Positions 38,101-51,400 of a stretch of 64,000 bases of DNA are shown one piece after another. The position numbers and the translations under genes were made by a program. Under the pieces are notes generated by a model that ran no database searches, had not been told where the DNA came from, and was given only the letters and a program-made list of their open reading frames with translations. Within the stretch, counting starts at the first letter, position 1; each line of letters starts with the position of its first letter. This DNA comes from Nageia nagi. Taxonomy: Eukaryota > Plantae > Pinophyta. The DNA lies in assembly GCA_050084985.1 (NCBI GenBank), contig JBITNC010000001.1, positions 77,190,001 to 77,254,000 of the forward strand, written 5' to 3'.

Positions 38101-38829
38101 TCACATTTGCATCTTGCTCTAAAGTTCAAATTGACTTATTTCTCCTAATTTAATTTTCTTTTCAAATTAAATTAAAATAAATTTCCTCTAAAATAATTTT
38201 AAATTCCTATGAACCTTATCCCTCCATGATTGAAAAATTCAAATTTTCCTTAAGAATTTAAATCCTTGAAATTTTGAAATTTACTCGAACATGGAAAGTA
38301 GTGTCTTCGAAATGGAAAATTCTTGATCCAAGTGCAAGTTCTAATTATGAAGGATTTAAACTAGGCACTATGGCCCTATGTCTCATCTTTCACTCCTCAA
38401 ACACTACAATTTGGTGAAAAAAGCTCCAACACCTACCGTCATATCCTCAAAAACTGCAAATTAGATGCTAAAATTCCCAACTTTTTGGTTCAGGGTACCA
38501 ACAAATGAGATCTTGTTCCAAAAATATAATGCAAGAGGTGCAACGAAATAGCTTAAGGCCTTGAAACTTCTCAAAATTTATAAAACTTACCAATGTACTC
38601 CTTTAATAGCTTAAATTTTAGATCTAGATGCTTGAAACTTTTAATTCCAATATGATGCTCTTAAATCTCCTTAGAATTCTCCAATTACCACTATAATACA
38701 ACTATAACTCCTCCTCTAAATCTTTCTAATAGAAATGGTAAGATCTAAACTTTGCAATTTCTCTCTAGTAGGATATATATATCTTCTCTTTATAGCAACT
38801 GTAACTTCTTTGCATATCTTCTGATACTA

Positions 38830-38962
38830 TTGTAAATCTTCCTCAAGATCTAACCCAACAAGATGCAAAGATATTGGCTCATTGTAAATCTTTCTCAATA
38901 TCTAACCCAGCAGGATAGAAAGATCTTGGCTCATTATAAATCTTTCTCAAGATCTAACCAGC
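38830..38962. repeat. 52-bp tandem repeat (~2.6 copies) next to the PBS
   Basis: TTGTAAATCTT.CTCAA.ATCTAACCCA.CA.GAT..AAAGAT.TTGGCTCA at ~38830, ~38882 and ~38934. Confidence 0.85.
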
Positions 38963-39082
38963 ATGATGGAATTATCTCTGCTTGATACCATTGTAATGAG
39001 CCAAACCTGGCTCACTTGGATAATTCATAGACCTTCAAATCTCAACTCTTAATCACCTAATAAATTACCAAACTATCCCTAA

Positions 39083-39165
39083 AATAGGAATGTCTCAATC
39101 ATAATGCCATATTTTAGTGTTTATAGCAACACTAAAATATGGCATTATGATTGAGAATTCCTATT
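39083..39165. repeat. Near-perfect 38-bp-arm hairpin inside the LTR
   Basis: AATAGGAAT(G)TCTCAATCATAATGCCATATTTTAGTGTT / AACACTAAAATATGGCATTATGATTGAGAATTCCTATT; 6-nt loop, one indel. Confidence 0.92.
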
Positions 39166-40742
39166 GCAACACTATCTATTTCGAGCAACATAACATCCTC
39201 AAACCCTAACATCTAGCTTAAGCATGTGAATACTCAACAAACCATTCAAACACTCAAGATATTATGTAAGTATGCTAACATCTAACTCCAAAAGCATAAT
39301 CACAACAAATGACCTCAACACATAGCAATATGAGAAAGATCTTAAGCAATAAATGTAAATTATCCAACATGGTAATATTAGAAGCTACATCTCATGTAAA
39401 TAACCCAATTGTGCACTCAATATTCAACGTACAGGCATATAAAGATAATCACTATGAAATGACAAGAAAATATTAGTATAATGATCAAATGTAATTGTAT
39501 TCAAATGATAGAAATGTGGAAACCTCAATTACAAAGACTAGCCAATGAAGATTGATACTCTAGGGTTTCAAATCCTTGGAAGTAGGAAGGATTGCAATAG
39601 GGCTTCCTTTTCTATATTTGTGGAGGAGACTTAGAGTCCCACTAGAATTATTCTACTAATCTAAGGGTAATATCAATACCCTCTGAATATATATCCTATA
39701 ATCCTAAGGTGCACTATTCCTCAAAGTGTGCATCCACATAAGTCCTATTTTACACCTTGTAACAAGTACCTCACTTCATCGATGTTGAAATCAAGGAAGA
39801 GAAGCACCCTACTCCAATAAGAAGAAATAATAATCATAACATGTCTATTATCTTTCAAGAATCCTCGTTTTATAATATGAAATAGTTTTATCATTAATCT
39901 TGTATTGGGATTGATGTAATCTCATCCAATGATGTTCAAGTATGATCTGTGTGCTCTCCATATCCCATGCTCAATATTATGTGCCTTGGGATAAGTATAA
40001 TTACATCCAAGGGCCTAAATACCAATGTTGCATAATGGGGGTCTTCCATGCACCTTGGGATCCATGCCATCATGCTAGGAGTATCCAAGAGAGAGATGTG
40101 GGTATCTTGGGATGCCCAATTACTCATCAAATAGTCCAAACCTCCTCATGAGACCAACATCCAAGTATGAGAGTCTTCTAGTGTCTCGTAGTAAGTTTTA
40201 TTCCATTGGAATCATATTGCTCTACCTCAAATAGCTAAAAGGGGAGCTAAACTATAACTAAAGCCTATTAAATTCCATTTTACATTCATCAAGGCTTCTC
40301 GTATGCAATGTCCCAAATTAGGTGACTAATATTACATTTACATTAATAATTACCTTGGTATCAACATAACATAATGGTATTTCCTCCTCTACTTTAAAAT
40401 ATTACAATACTCCTAATTGCACTAAAATGCCTAATACCCATAGTTAAAGTGTTTATTTATTAATTTAAACATTCAAGTGGAACTTATATAGATAATAAAG
40501 CTTAATTACAATAAAAATACCAAAATTAAATAAAATAAATGAAATCTAAGTATTCCCACTTTCCATTGGCAAAATGGAAAAATACCCATAAAATTGAGGA
40601 CATTACATGAGATTTTTGGGAAGAGGCATATTAATGATGGCCTTTGCCTTCTTTGGATTAACGTCTATTCCTCTTTTTGAGACCACGGAGCCTCACAACT
40701 TTTCTGAAGTAGCACCAAATGCATATTTTTTAGGCTTATCGC

Positions 40743-42665
40743 CCTCCGAGGAAAGGCCACCTGCACACCCTCAAAGACATATTTCCCAATCTGCTGGAGT
40801 GCTTGGTGGATCAAGCGCAGCCGATCCTCGCCCTCGCAACTGTCAAAAGAGATGCTCTTCTGAGAGTCCTGCTCGAACCACCACTCCACGGTCTTTTCCA
40901 GCTCGCAGGTGCCCTTCAAATAATGTTGGATCTTGCACAAGACAATGTTTTCATAACCTCTCTGCTAGGCACCTTTCATTCGAGGAGCGTCAAGTGTTAA
41001 GTTCATTCCCCACCCCCCTCTTTCTATAATTCTATCCAAGTTGAGTTCAGAGATCTTCGTTGAGTTTTTGGACCCGAGCCCAGTTTTGACTTCACAAAAA
41101 AATTTCATCCTAAACTTTTGCTCCATTTTCTCTTGTACAAGTCTAGTTCTTGTGCCTTCTATCTTATTCCAAAGTTACATAAGAATCCTATTGTGTCGCC
41201 CGATCTTTTCCTCCTTGGGTTATATGTTAGAGCCTACGTCCAAGATCCTGTATTCCCTTCTGCTTCCTATTCTTTACGCCCAACCTAATCATCTTCCCAA
41301 TTCTTCTGTTTTGCTTAGATAAATATCACACATGTCCTTTCCTCTAGAATGCATCCTTTTCACCTTCGATGTCGAGTTGATTTATCCCAGCATACCCACC
41401 CATGCTGGCCTTCACGCGCTACGCATTTGTCTCTCTGATTTTCACATAACAAACAACCTAAACCTATCCATCGTTGATCCCATCCTCAATCTTGTCGAGC
41501 TCGTTCTCACCGAGCATTATTTGGATTTCGATGGCACCTTGTACAAGCAGGTTCATGGAACTACCATGGGAAGTAATTTTGCGGTAGTGTACACCTACCT
41601 GTTCCTATGTCACCTGGAGAAACAACTAGCAGGCATTTTATATTTATCTCCTCTCCTTTTCTTTCAGAGATACATTGATGATGTGGTCGGTGTTTGGGCA
41701 GGCTCGTAATAATCCCTGCATCATTTTTTGACCTCTATCAGAGCTAGTACCAAAAGATCAACATCACCTCTCATGTTTCCCATGAGAGCATTGACATTCT
41801 CGACCTAACACTCTTCACATGGAAAACTTTCCTTTCTTCTGGTGCGCTCTCTACCCACTGCTATAAAAAACCTGCCAACGCGTATCAATACATCCCTTTC
41901 AAATCTTGGAATCTAAGACACCATAAAAAGGCTTTCGTAGTGAGTGAAATTTGGCTCTATCTGCTCAGAGAATCACTCCATATTGGTTTTCTCTCGCGCA
42001 GGGATTCTTTTTACTCACAGATTCGAGCTAGAGGATACCCTTCTTCCTTTTTATGCCAATGTTTCAGCTTAGTCTGTTGGGAAGACTGTGAGGAATTGCT
42101 TGCACGTCTACTTTCAGCTGATCGTAGAAATAAGAGGTCCCCCTTGGTTTTCAAGCTCATCAACTATTGCCAAGGGGTACTCGCCTTGAACCTTGGGGCC
42201 ATCCTAATGCCTTATATTCATAGACTTTGCCAACAAGAACCGTCTCTTCACCATATTCTATTCCTCTTCCTATTATTTATTGGTGTAATCCAATCAACCT
42301 CAGCCATTTTCTCATGAGAAGTTGCTTTCGCCCTTTAATCAAATAGACTTCCAAAATTATTTAATCATCTTTTAGCTAGTAATTATTTTTAACTAGTTTT
42401 TTGTTTGGTTAGTAATTATAATTATGTAGTTATTTTTTAAGTTGATCATTTATGCTTCTCCTCCTCCTCTATATTTGGAGTTTCTCATTGTAACACATTC
42501 CCATCACTAGTTCAACTTATGAAGGGTGAATGCCATGAAACTAGTTTTAAACATGTATGAGAATTTTGCAAATTTATCCTATTTTATTTGGTTTATTACA
42601 CACTCAGAAACTCTTCTTTCACCATTTTTTTATCTTGCTTATGGAAAGCTATCACTGATTAGATT
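40743..42665 (+). mobile_element. Penelope-like element (PLE), 5'-truncated, RT only with no C-terminal GIY-YIG, followed by a pLTR-like 3' region
   Basis: FHNLS..LS.EERQVL; FYLIPKLHKNP-(fs)-RPIFSS; FDVELIYPSIP; YKQVHGTTMGSNFA; RYIDD; IDILDLTL; YKKPANAYQYIPFKS; RARGYP; P....NPINLSHFLMR, then stop at 42344-42346. Confidence 0.88.
42510..42552 (+). ncRNA. Degenerate minimal type I hammerhead ribozyme
   Basis: GTTCAA-CTTATGA-A-GGGTGAATGCCAT-GAAA-CTAG-TT-TTAAAC: CUGAUGA core with one substitution, GAAA, palindromic CTAG, UH site, and stem I GTTCAA/TT(A)AAC with one mismatch. Located where PLE pLTR ribozymes occur. Confidence 0.65.
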
Positions 42666-45600
42666 AATTTTTAATTTTTTTTTAAAATATCATTAATATA
42701 TGTCTCGACTATTTTGTGTATCTGATTATGAAACATGGATTTCATAATGCATTGATATGTAGCTCTTGCATTCTTAAGACTAAGAGGCATTACTTTTAAA
42801 CAAAACTTGCCCCATGGAGTAGTGAAGGTTGTTTTGTGTTGATCAATTAGATTTATCAAAATTTGGCTATACCCAAAAAATTTATCCATGAAAGATAATA
42901 TCTCATGATCAATTATACTATCAACAATCATATATATGTTAGCAAAAGGGAAATCATCTTTTCAGCATGCATTATTGATATATCTAAAATCTATATAAAT
43001 CCAAACTTCCCCATTTGGTTTTGTTACAAGAACTATATTTGACTTCTAATCAAAATAATATATCAGCCTAATGAAACCAACATTCAAGTACTTTTCTATT
43101 TCCTTTTTTACCAACAAAGATTTGGAAAGATGCATTTTTATAGGCTTTTACTTTACAAGTTTTGCTCCTTTCTTGAGAGGCAAACTATGCATAACAAATG
43201 AAGGATCTAAAATAGGCATATTAGAATAAAACCATGCAAAATTATTATTATGCTCATAAAACATATTTTGGTATCTTTATTGTTGATCTTTCTCAAAATT
43301 TTCTCCAATTTTGATCACCCATTGATGGTCAATTGTACCTATGTTGATGTCAGCAAGCTCCTCAATAGAAAATTGTAGCTCTTTTTTTTTCATTAAAGAA
43401 GGAAGCTCTTTAAGGCCAGGAACATCATCAATAATTTCATCTGCATCATCATCATGTTGTGTTTGACATACCTTTCTAAAATTAACCTCTTTCCCAAAGT
43501 AGCCAAGTTATCTAAGGATGTAACTTGCATTCCTTTAGTTATTTAACTTTGGCAACTCAGAATGTGCCCCCATGTATTCCAGTAAGGCATCATTAGTAGC
43601 AAAAAAATGAAACTCAAGTGGCATATCAACATCAATCCATAAATCCTCATCAATCTCATCTGAAATTTCTATCAAGTTACATTATGAAATAAACTTAATA
43701 GGGCATGTAGTTTTGATAGTAGATGAAGTACAACCAAGCCTTATTTTTTTCTTTTTTAACATCTAAATTTGATGGAAAATTAGGCATCCCTAGCTCATGT
43801 TTTCCTAATCCTAACCCTTTGTAATTACATTTTTGTTTTAGATGCTTTTGAATAAAAGGAGACTTAAAAGTAGAAGTAGGAGGTTTAGCCATATCGAGTG
43901 TTGATCTATGTGCAAGAATATATGAATTATTTAGAGTCAGGGATGTCATATAGCAAGAAGCATTTGCATCCTCATCAAAATCACTATGTGGATTCCCTTA
44001 AAAATAATATAAACACCATGTGTAATGTATAATATTTTTTCATCTAAGATCTTTAACTGGGCTCATGGGATCTATGTATTGTATCTAATATGTGTTATGA
44101 TGTTCCAAAATTTTCTTGTTCTAAAAATAGCTATCCAAACACAAACATGCACTAATAAAAATAAGATCTACAAAATGTGACTTAAATGATGCTCAAATAT
44201 GGATCCAAAAATCATCCAAGTTTGCCCTAAGGTTGTACTTCTCAATAAAAGCATAAGATCTCACTACAAATGGCCTAAAGGGTTAGACATTTGTCTCACA
44301 AGACCATATCGACAACTCCACAAGCCCACTATGCACTAAAAAGGATGACTTCATTCAACTAGGGCCACAAACCCTTAGATCTAATGGAATAATGGGACTA
44401 ATAGACTCCCTTAGACCTGTACACTCCACCAAAGGGCTCTTCTTACACTTGGAAACTACAAGGTAAAAGTGCAACCTTAGAATACCAACAAATGGACTAA
44501 TATGTTACACCTTAGCCATAGATTAGAAGGATCCCTTAACCTACTAAAAATTCCTTAATTGTACACCAAGAGGACAAGCTTAACACTACACCAAGATCAA
44601 ATATCAAATAAGCTAAAGATGCTTCCATATGATGTGTTCCTCTCCTATATAATTGGACACCTCATCTTGGGAACAATATCTCACCTCAAATTCTTTCATA
44701 CATGGATGTATCATCTTGCATCTTACAATTTGACCTCAATATGACAACAATCACATCTAGATGCTAATAAATACTCATATATATCCCTAGGAGGAATACA
44801 TCCCACATTGGGGCTCACAATGTATCCCTTGAACCCATATGTATTCTATCCTAGGGTTACATCATGCCTAAAGACACATGCAAATAATAATTAAATACTC
44901 TTAGCTACCAAATCACTCTTAAATTACATTATCTCATGCTCAGATGCTCCTTAAGGGGAGGCATAAATCCTTAAGTGGAGCCTAAAATGTGTCCCATGTA
45001 AGAAAAATAATAATGATAAATTGGAAATATTACAAATCTTCCCTTCCTAAAATTGCTTGCCCTCAAGCAATTGTAAACTCCACATGTTGCTCCTGATTTT
45101 CAAAGTCTTCAAGATGAGTAAAGATTATCTTCTATATATCCTTTGTTCCAAAGGAATCATCACCAAGGTCCATACATTTTGTAGTTGAATTAAAATCAAA
45201 TCATGACAACTTCAAGATTCATACATATTGTGAATAATTTCTAAAGTACTATCTTCGCTAGTTCAGCTTCATCTTTCATTTTTTGCAAATAAGCATATAT
45301 GAAATCTACTAACTCATGCTCTTCAAACTCAACTATGATACAAAATGGATCCTATACTAAAAATTAAAGTAATAAAGTGACCTTTATTACCCCTCCAACA
45401 TCCATGAATGAATGAATTTTAGGTATAAAATTAATGACATTCATGGGCAACCATGAACCACTCTCACAACCCTCCAAAATATTTTCAAAGCATGTGACAA
45501 TGGTCCCTAATAGTCTTGATAACTTATTACAATGTTTTCAAAATAGATGGGATCTAAAAAGATCATAGATGTTATCAAAATAGACCTTAACAATGCACCA

Positions 45601-45797
45601 ACAACAACCACTAAAATAATCATTTGAAAGCTAACAACAATCCAAGCAAAGTACCTAACTTCTTCATAATGAATAATAGTTTATCCATTATTAAATGCAG
45701 AGATAATGAATGAATTGAAATATTTATTAACCAATATCACTTGTGCATACTCCAACAAATTAATGCTCATTATAACATCTTTCTCTCAAAATGATAA

Positions 45798-46359
45798 TGA
45801 ACAATCACACAAAGAGATACATGATATATAGCGGTTCCTCTCTAAGAGAGTACTCCACTTTAATCTAAATTTATTATTTCTCTTCTCAAGATTTCTCTTA
45901 CAACCTTTCTATCAACCTATATCTCCTTACAAACTATTATTATGACAATGCTTCTATAAGTGTATATGTTACAAGGAAAAGACCCTCTATTTATAGGTAA
46001 AAAAGCCTCTTTGGCTCACCCTTTTATGCAAGGGGAATGCCATCTTCCATAGAGTAAACATATCCATAAGTTAGTTGAGAAGGGTAGGTGGAAGGCTTTC
46101 TACTCATGCCTATTTAATATTACATATTTCTATATTTATATTTTAAGTTTGAGTATGCACATGTGGAGATACCCTTAATATAGAATAGATGGGGACCCAC
46201 ATTTGCATACATAGATGATCCACATTTTATAATAAGTGGATTATTCCATATTGTAAATTTTTTTTCCTCTTAAGTGTTGTATATGTTCCTTAGATTTTTG
46301 ATTAATTAGGAATAATATACCTAAATTATTTAAACAATAATGCATTATATGTTCTAACA
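45798..46359 (-). mobile_element. Solo LTR related to the Copia LTR family at 2609/10350/18426
   Basis: TG...CA termini with exact TSD GATAA (45793-45797, 46360-46364). Shares the GGTTCCTC..GAGTAC.CCAC and CTATTTATAGG blocks. Confidence 0.85.
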
Positions 46360-48443
46360 GATAACACCCCTGAAATAATCATCAATGCATGCAATAATAG
46401 TGCATCCATTAATAACAACCAATATATCATTATCTTCAGCCCCAAAATTGATAAAAAGTGTAGTCTCTATAGTGTAAACAATGACCATTAATATGTTACT
46501 AGAAAAAGGTAATATGGTTGCTTTCATGATAACATTAACAACCTTCCAAACATGAATTACAAACCCTAATAATGTAATGCCCTTTCCTCCAATGTATGTA
46601 GTCCCTATTCCCCATTTAGGGAGCATTACAAATGCTCTCATGATAATAATACAAATGAAAAAATCATTTGTTATCCTAAATAATTTTTTGATAGTATTTT
46701 GAGTAAGCATTGCTTTATACAATTCTCCATTGGCATCCAAATCATCCCACAGTAAGATAATTTCTTCCATCCACACACAATCCTTCTTTCTATTGTTACT
46801 AAGGTTCAAACTTAAATTAGAAATGATGTCATATTTTTCCAAAGGTAGGTGTCCACCCTTCAAGCTTACAAGCTCATGAATCAAGTGTGCAAATTCCCTC
46901 CATGTACCTCCTAATCTCATGTGCTCCATCCCAAATGCATAAAAGGGTTCAATATACCTCTTCGAAGTTTCCAAATCTGGTGCATCCTCTTTCATGATAG
47001 GCATGTTTCTCTTCAAGATCCTCCAAGTGTGACATACCTCTTCTAAATATGAATGTGCAAGGCTACTTCATGGATCCATAAAGGCCAAATGCTCCATACT
47101 CAAAACTAAAAATGTCTTCCACCATGCATCCTCTCCCAAGGATAGTGTGAGGTGTCCTTTACCTAAACATCCACCCTCCAACACCCTTTCCAATCTACTA
47201 GATGAGACTTATGGAAAATAGTCCTTGATGCCTTGCAAGGTGTAATTTTTTGAATCAACTTTAAATTTCATCACTAATTTATGATAGTTGGAATGAATAT
47301 CCCCTAAATTATACAACTGCTAAACTCCTAGTATCAAATGCAGGATACCATCTAATGGATAGACATATAATTCTTTCCTTGCCACGTAGTATTGGATCTT
47401 CACTCCAAAATTCTTTACTATCTTATTGCACAATGTGAGTTTCCCGTTCGCATTGGTGACATGAAAACATTCAAACCCATTAGTCTTTATCTCCTTCTTA
47501 CTTAAAACCCCTCATAAATGAAATTAGTTGTTGCTCCCATATCTATCAACACCATGACCTCCTATTTTTAGCTTGTCTCTTGACCTTTAGTGTGAAATAT
47601 TTGGAGATTCCATAAAGTGATGTTATCATCCCTCTTATGATTTCCTTACTGCTAGGATTTGGATGCCTAATAGTGGTCAGTCCCAAATATGGTGGCTCTA
47701 TATCTAACTCTATATATGAATCATCATCCTCTAAAATGACTTTAATATAGTGAACTTGACCTTTCCCCATGCATCTATGCCCACACTCCAAAGGTTTCTT
47801 GCATGTGAAACATAATTTTTTTTTACCTCATTTCCCTCCTTATGGTTGTGTCCATCATTTCATCAAATGTTTGGATTATATTCTTCCCCTTACTAATGGT
47901 GCTTCCTTCCATTGTTCCCTTCCCTAATATGCTAGATCTAGGAAGAGGAATGGTGGGTCATGATATCATCATAGATGTCTCCAAAGTCAATACCCTTTTG
48001 ACTTCATCCTATAAAAGCATGGGTAATAAGGCCTTCACCATTCACTTCAAAGGCTCCATCAATCATTTCATGAAGAGAAACATCATCCTCTTCTCTAAAA
48101 TGATTTGGACCATTATTGAAATCTATTGAAACTCTGCAACATAATCTTCTATTGATCATGTTTACTTTATTATTGTCAGATTTTGTAAATAGTCATCCTC
48201 ATCCTTATGATCAAATTAATCCACTCTTTTGATAAAATTAATCCACTATACATTTACTAAACTCATCAAATAAAGTGATAGATATATGCCCTTAGGTGAT
48301 CAAACCATGGTTCCACTAGTCATATACTATTCCATCAAAGTGAATGGTGGAAATCCATACAGTGTCCTCCTTAATCAAGGGGTTAATAGTGAAGTAGGTT
48401 TGAAATTTCTACAACCACACCTTAATTATTATATTTCTTCCAT

Positions 48444-51400
48444 TGTATCCTAAAATTTATGCTTATCATGGACTAAAGTGGATAAAAAAGTTAATTGTAC
48501 ACATAAACTTCAAGTATACATAACTATACTTTTCTTAATTAGAATTAGACAAGAATTATTATAAAAGTATGGGTAAAACTATAAATAATAATTCAAAAAT
48601 TTACAAGAATGATAACAAACCCTAAGTGCATCTAATGTGGGTAGAGGGACCTCCAATTTATGCCTCTTAAGGCACCTAAATGATCTTGGAGTGAGGTGCC
48701 TCATTCTAAATGATAATGTGAGCCCCCTAGTCCCCATATCAATGAAGACAATAAAGTATATAATGCCTATTATGCAAATGCTTATGATTAAATGATATTT
48801 AAACAATTTTTATTATGGAATCAAATAATTTAGATTTATCTTCACATGTTTTGATGGACAAATGTGAAATCTAGTGCTTCAAAACCTATAAAAGCTCAAA
48901 ACCTATGAAATTGTAAGATTTTTAAATATCCTTGGATCTATGTAAAATATAAGTTTAAACCATGTACTAATGCTTGTATGGCTTCAAGTTAAATTTTTTA
49001 TGATGGAAATGCAATTTAAGATGAATTTAGCCTAAAAAAATATACTAAATGCATACAAATTTGTTGTAGGATACAAAGGTGAAGCATACCAAGTTTTTCC
49101 ATGAATGAAGTGTCTCCAAACCTGCAAAAACCTTGAATATACAAGCATATTCGAAATGTAAAGTGATATTTTCAACAATAATATTACCATAAGGATTGTA
49201 GCATGAAGATGTTAAGCTTGTAGTAGTGAGAGATCCTTCAAAAGCATGTAACCCTTGAATATCTTTAAAACCCTAACCTTTAAACCCTTTGAATCAATCT
49301 TGGAGCAAATTTTATGAGCATAAATCACAATTGTGCAATTAAAATAATGAATTAGGATAATAATGAGCCAAGAGAGGGAATTCTATTTTGACATTGAGTT
49401 ATATACCTCTTTTGATAACTTAAGTGAATAAAACTAGATACCCATTTTTTGCATTTTATTTGAGTTTAAGTTAATTTAGCTTCTTTTCCATACTTGAAAA
49501 TTTTATTTTGCATAGTTATACATTAAGAATAAATAAAAAAAATGAATTAAATATTTCAATGCATTAAAATCATCTTATTCAAAAAAGTATTATTTTTCAA
49601 TGTCTACATTTTGCCCTTGTTGGACTAGCTCTTTTGCAGAAAAAGACTTAGTTCAACAAGTGTAGATAGTTGGATGTTAGTTTAGAAAATCATTTTGAAC
49701 ATTTTAATATTATTTTTTGAACTTTGAACAAATTTGAATATTTGAACTATTTTGAAAATGTGAAAATTTAAATAAATATTCAAAGTAACATGAATGTACT
49801 TTCGATAATTCAAACTCTTAAACAATACATTCATGATGGAAAAAACTATAAAATTTGGAATAAATATGAATAGCAATTCAAATGTACTTTTTGAAAATTC
49901 GAACCCTAAACAATGTGTTCTTGGAGGTAAAAAATTGAAAAATTTGAAACAAATATGAATAATAATTCAAATGTACCTTTCAATAATTTGAACCCTAAAT
50001 AATGTGTTTGTGGAGGTAGGACTGCGAACCACTTATATAATTTTTGATGATAATGTATATCAAACCTATGCAAAGTATTTGTGATAACAAAATTTCCAAA
50101 ATAGTTATATAAGATTTGATTAATAATATATATCAAATTTAAGCAAAGTGTTCATGGAGGTAGGAATTTGAACCACTTATATAGTATTTGATGATTGTAT
50201 ACATCAAACCTATGCAAGTCATTCATGATGGAGTAAGCACATAGGCTAATTAATAAGAAAACAGTCTTGTTAAAAACTTTTGATAATTTAAACTTTTTGC
50301 AATTTAAAATAAAATCATTTTGCATTTGAAAATTTTGAAATCAAGTAGTTTTAACTTTGAAAACTTTTTGAAAATCATAAAATTTTGAAAAACTTTGAAC
50401 AATTTTGCTTTTTAAAATAAAAAAGTTTAAAATTTTGAAATAAAACTTTTTGAGATTTGAAATAAAATATTTTTGCATTTGAAATTGAAACTTTGCAATT
50501 TTGAATTCAAATTTTGAAAATTGAAACTTTTTATATGTGCATTATGAACAAATTTTGCCCAATATAGGTGTATATGTTTGTAGGCTCATAGACCTACCCA
50601 ATATTCAAACGATGATTTGAAGACAAGTATGTAGTTATGGATGTAAGTATGTACACTTATACAATGTTGAGGAACAAGGGTAAAATATAAAATATATACC
50701 AATAATAAATCAATGTAGGATATGCCTAAATTTATGGTAGCATGAAACAAATCATATGCACCAGCTCAAAATCAGTGTGTGCAAGTGTGGAAAGAGAAAC
50801 CTTTCTTTCCAATGTGGTATGTTTTGCGGGTGTAAAAACCCAATATGGAAGGATGCATAGATCTACCTATATTCAAACATTTATACATTTCAAAATGAAA
50901 TTATGTGATGGTTTTGATCCAAAATATATGTGTTTTCATGTATCCATAAGTTGTAGGGTTTAGGTATTGATTCATGTAAGATATGTGCTTTGACTTCCCC
51001 CTTAAATGATGGTTTGATGGATGAACAAAGTGAATTTTGACAAAGAATCAATTGATTTATAAGGTAAGCATATTTTGAAATTTTTAGATTTTAGTATTTT
51101 TTGTTGAAGTTTTTAGAAACTTTGAACTTTTGATATTTTGAAATATTTAAATTTTTATACATTTTAAAAATATTCTGATTTTTAGATTCTTTGAAAATAT
51201 TTTGATTTTTAGACATTTTGAAGGTACTTATATTTTGATCAATGTTTGTATGATAATGCTCAATGATATTTCGCTAACCAAGAATGGTTTATGAATATGG
51301 ATATGAAACCTACCAAGATGTTGGGAGACACATGTGAAATTCTCTCAAAGATAAGATCAATATTGGATATTCAAACTTATGGAAATATATGAAATGCTAG

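Larger units (their letters stand above)
36240..40607 (-). mobile_element. Ty3/Gypsy element 5' portion: 1.6-kb LTR, PBS, gag and protease
   Basis: LTR 38992-40607 with TGTAATG...CATTACA termini. PBS TGATACCA ending 38990. Gag remnants 37000-37570. Protease VLIDGGATHKF (36543-36764). Confidence 0.8.

Noticed and set aside
40729-40740. Telomeric repeat (TTTAGG) at the PLE 5' junction
   Set aside because: Single partial unit explained by the host Gypsy PKK codons; no telomeric array at either end.
40743-42346. Group II intron maturase, LINE RT or telomerase
   Set aside because: PKLHK-RPI, Q..G..MGS, YIDD and YKKP motifs with compact spacing fit PLE RTs. No intron domain V, APE domain or TERT T-motif seen.
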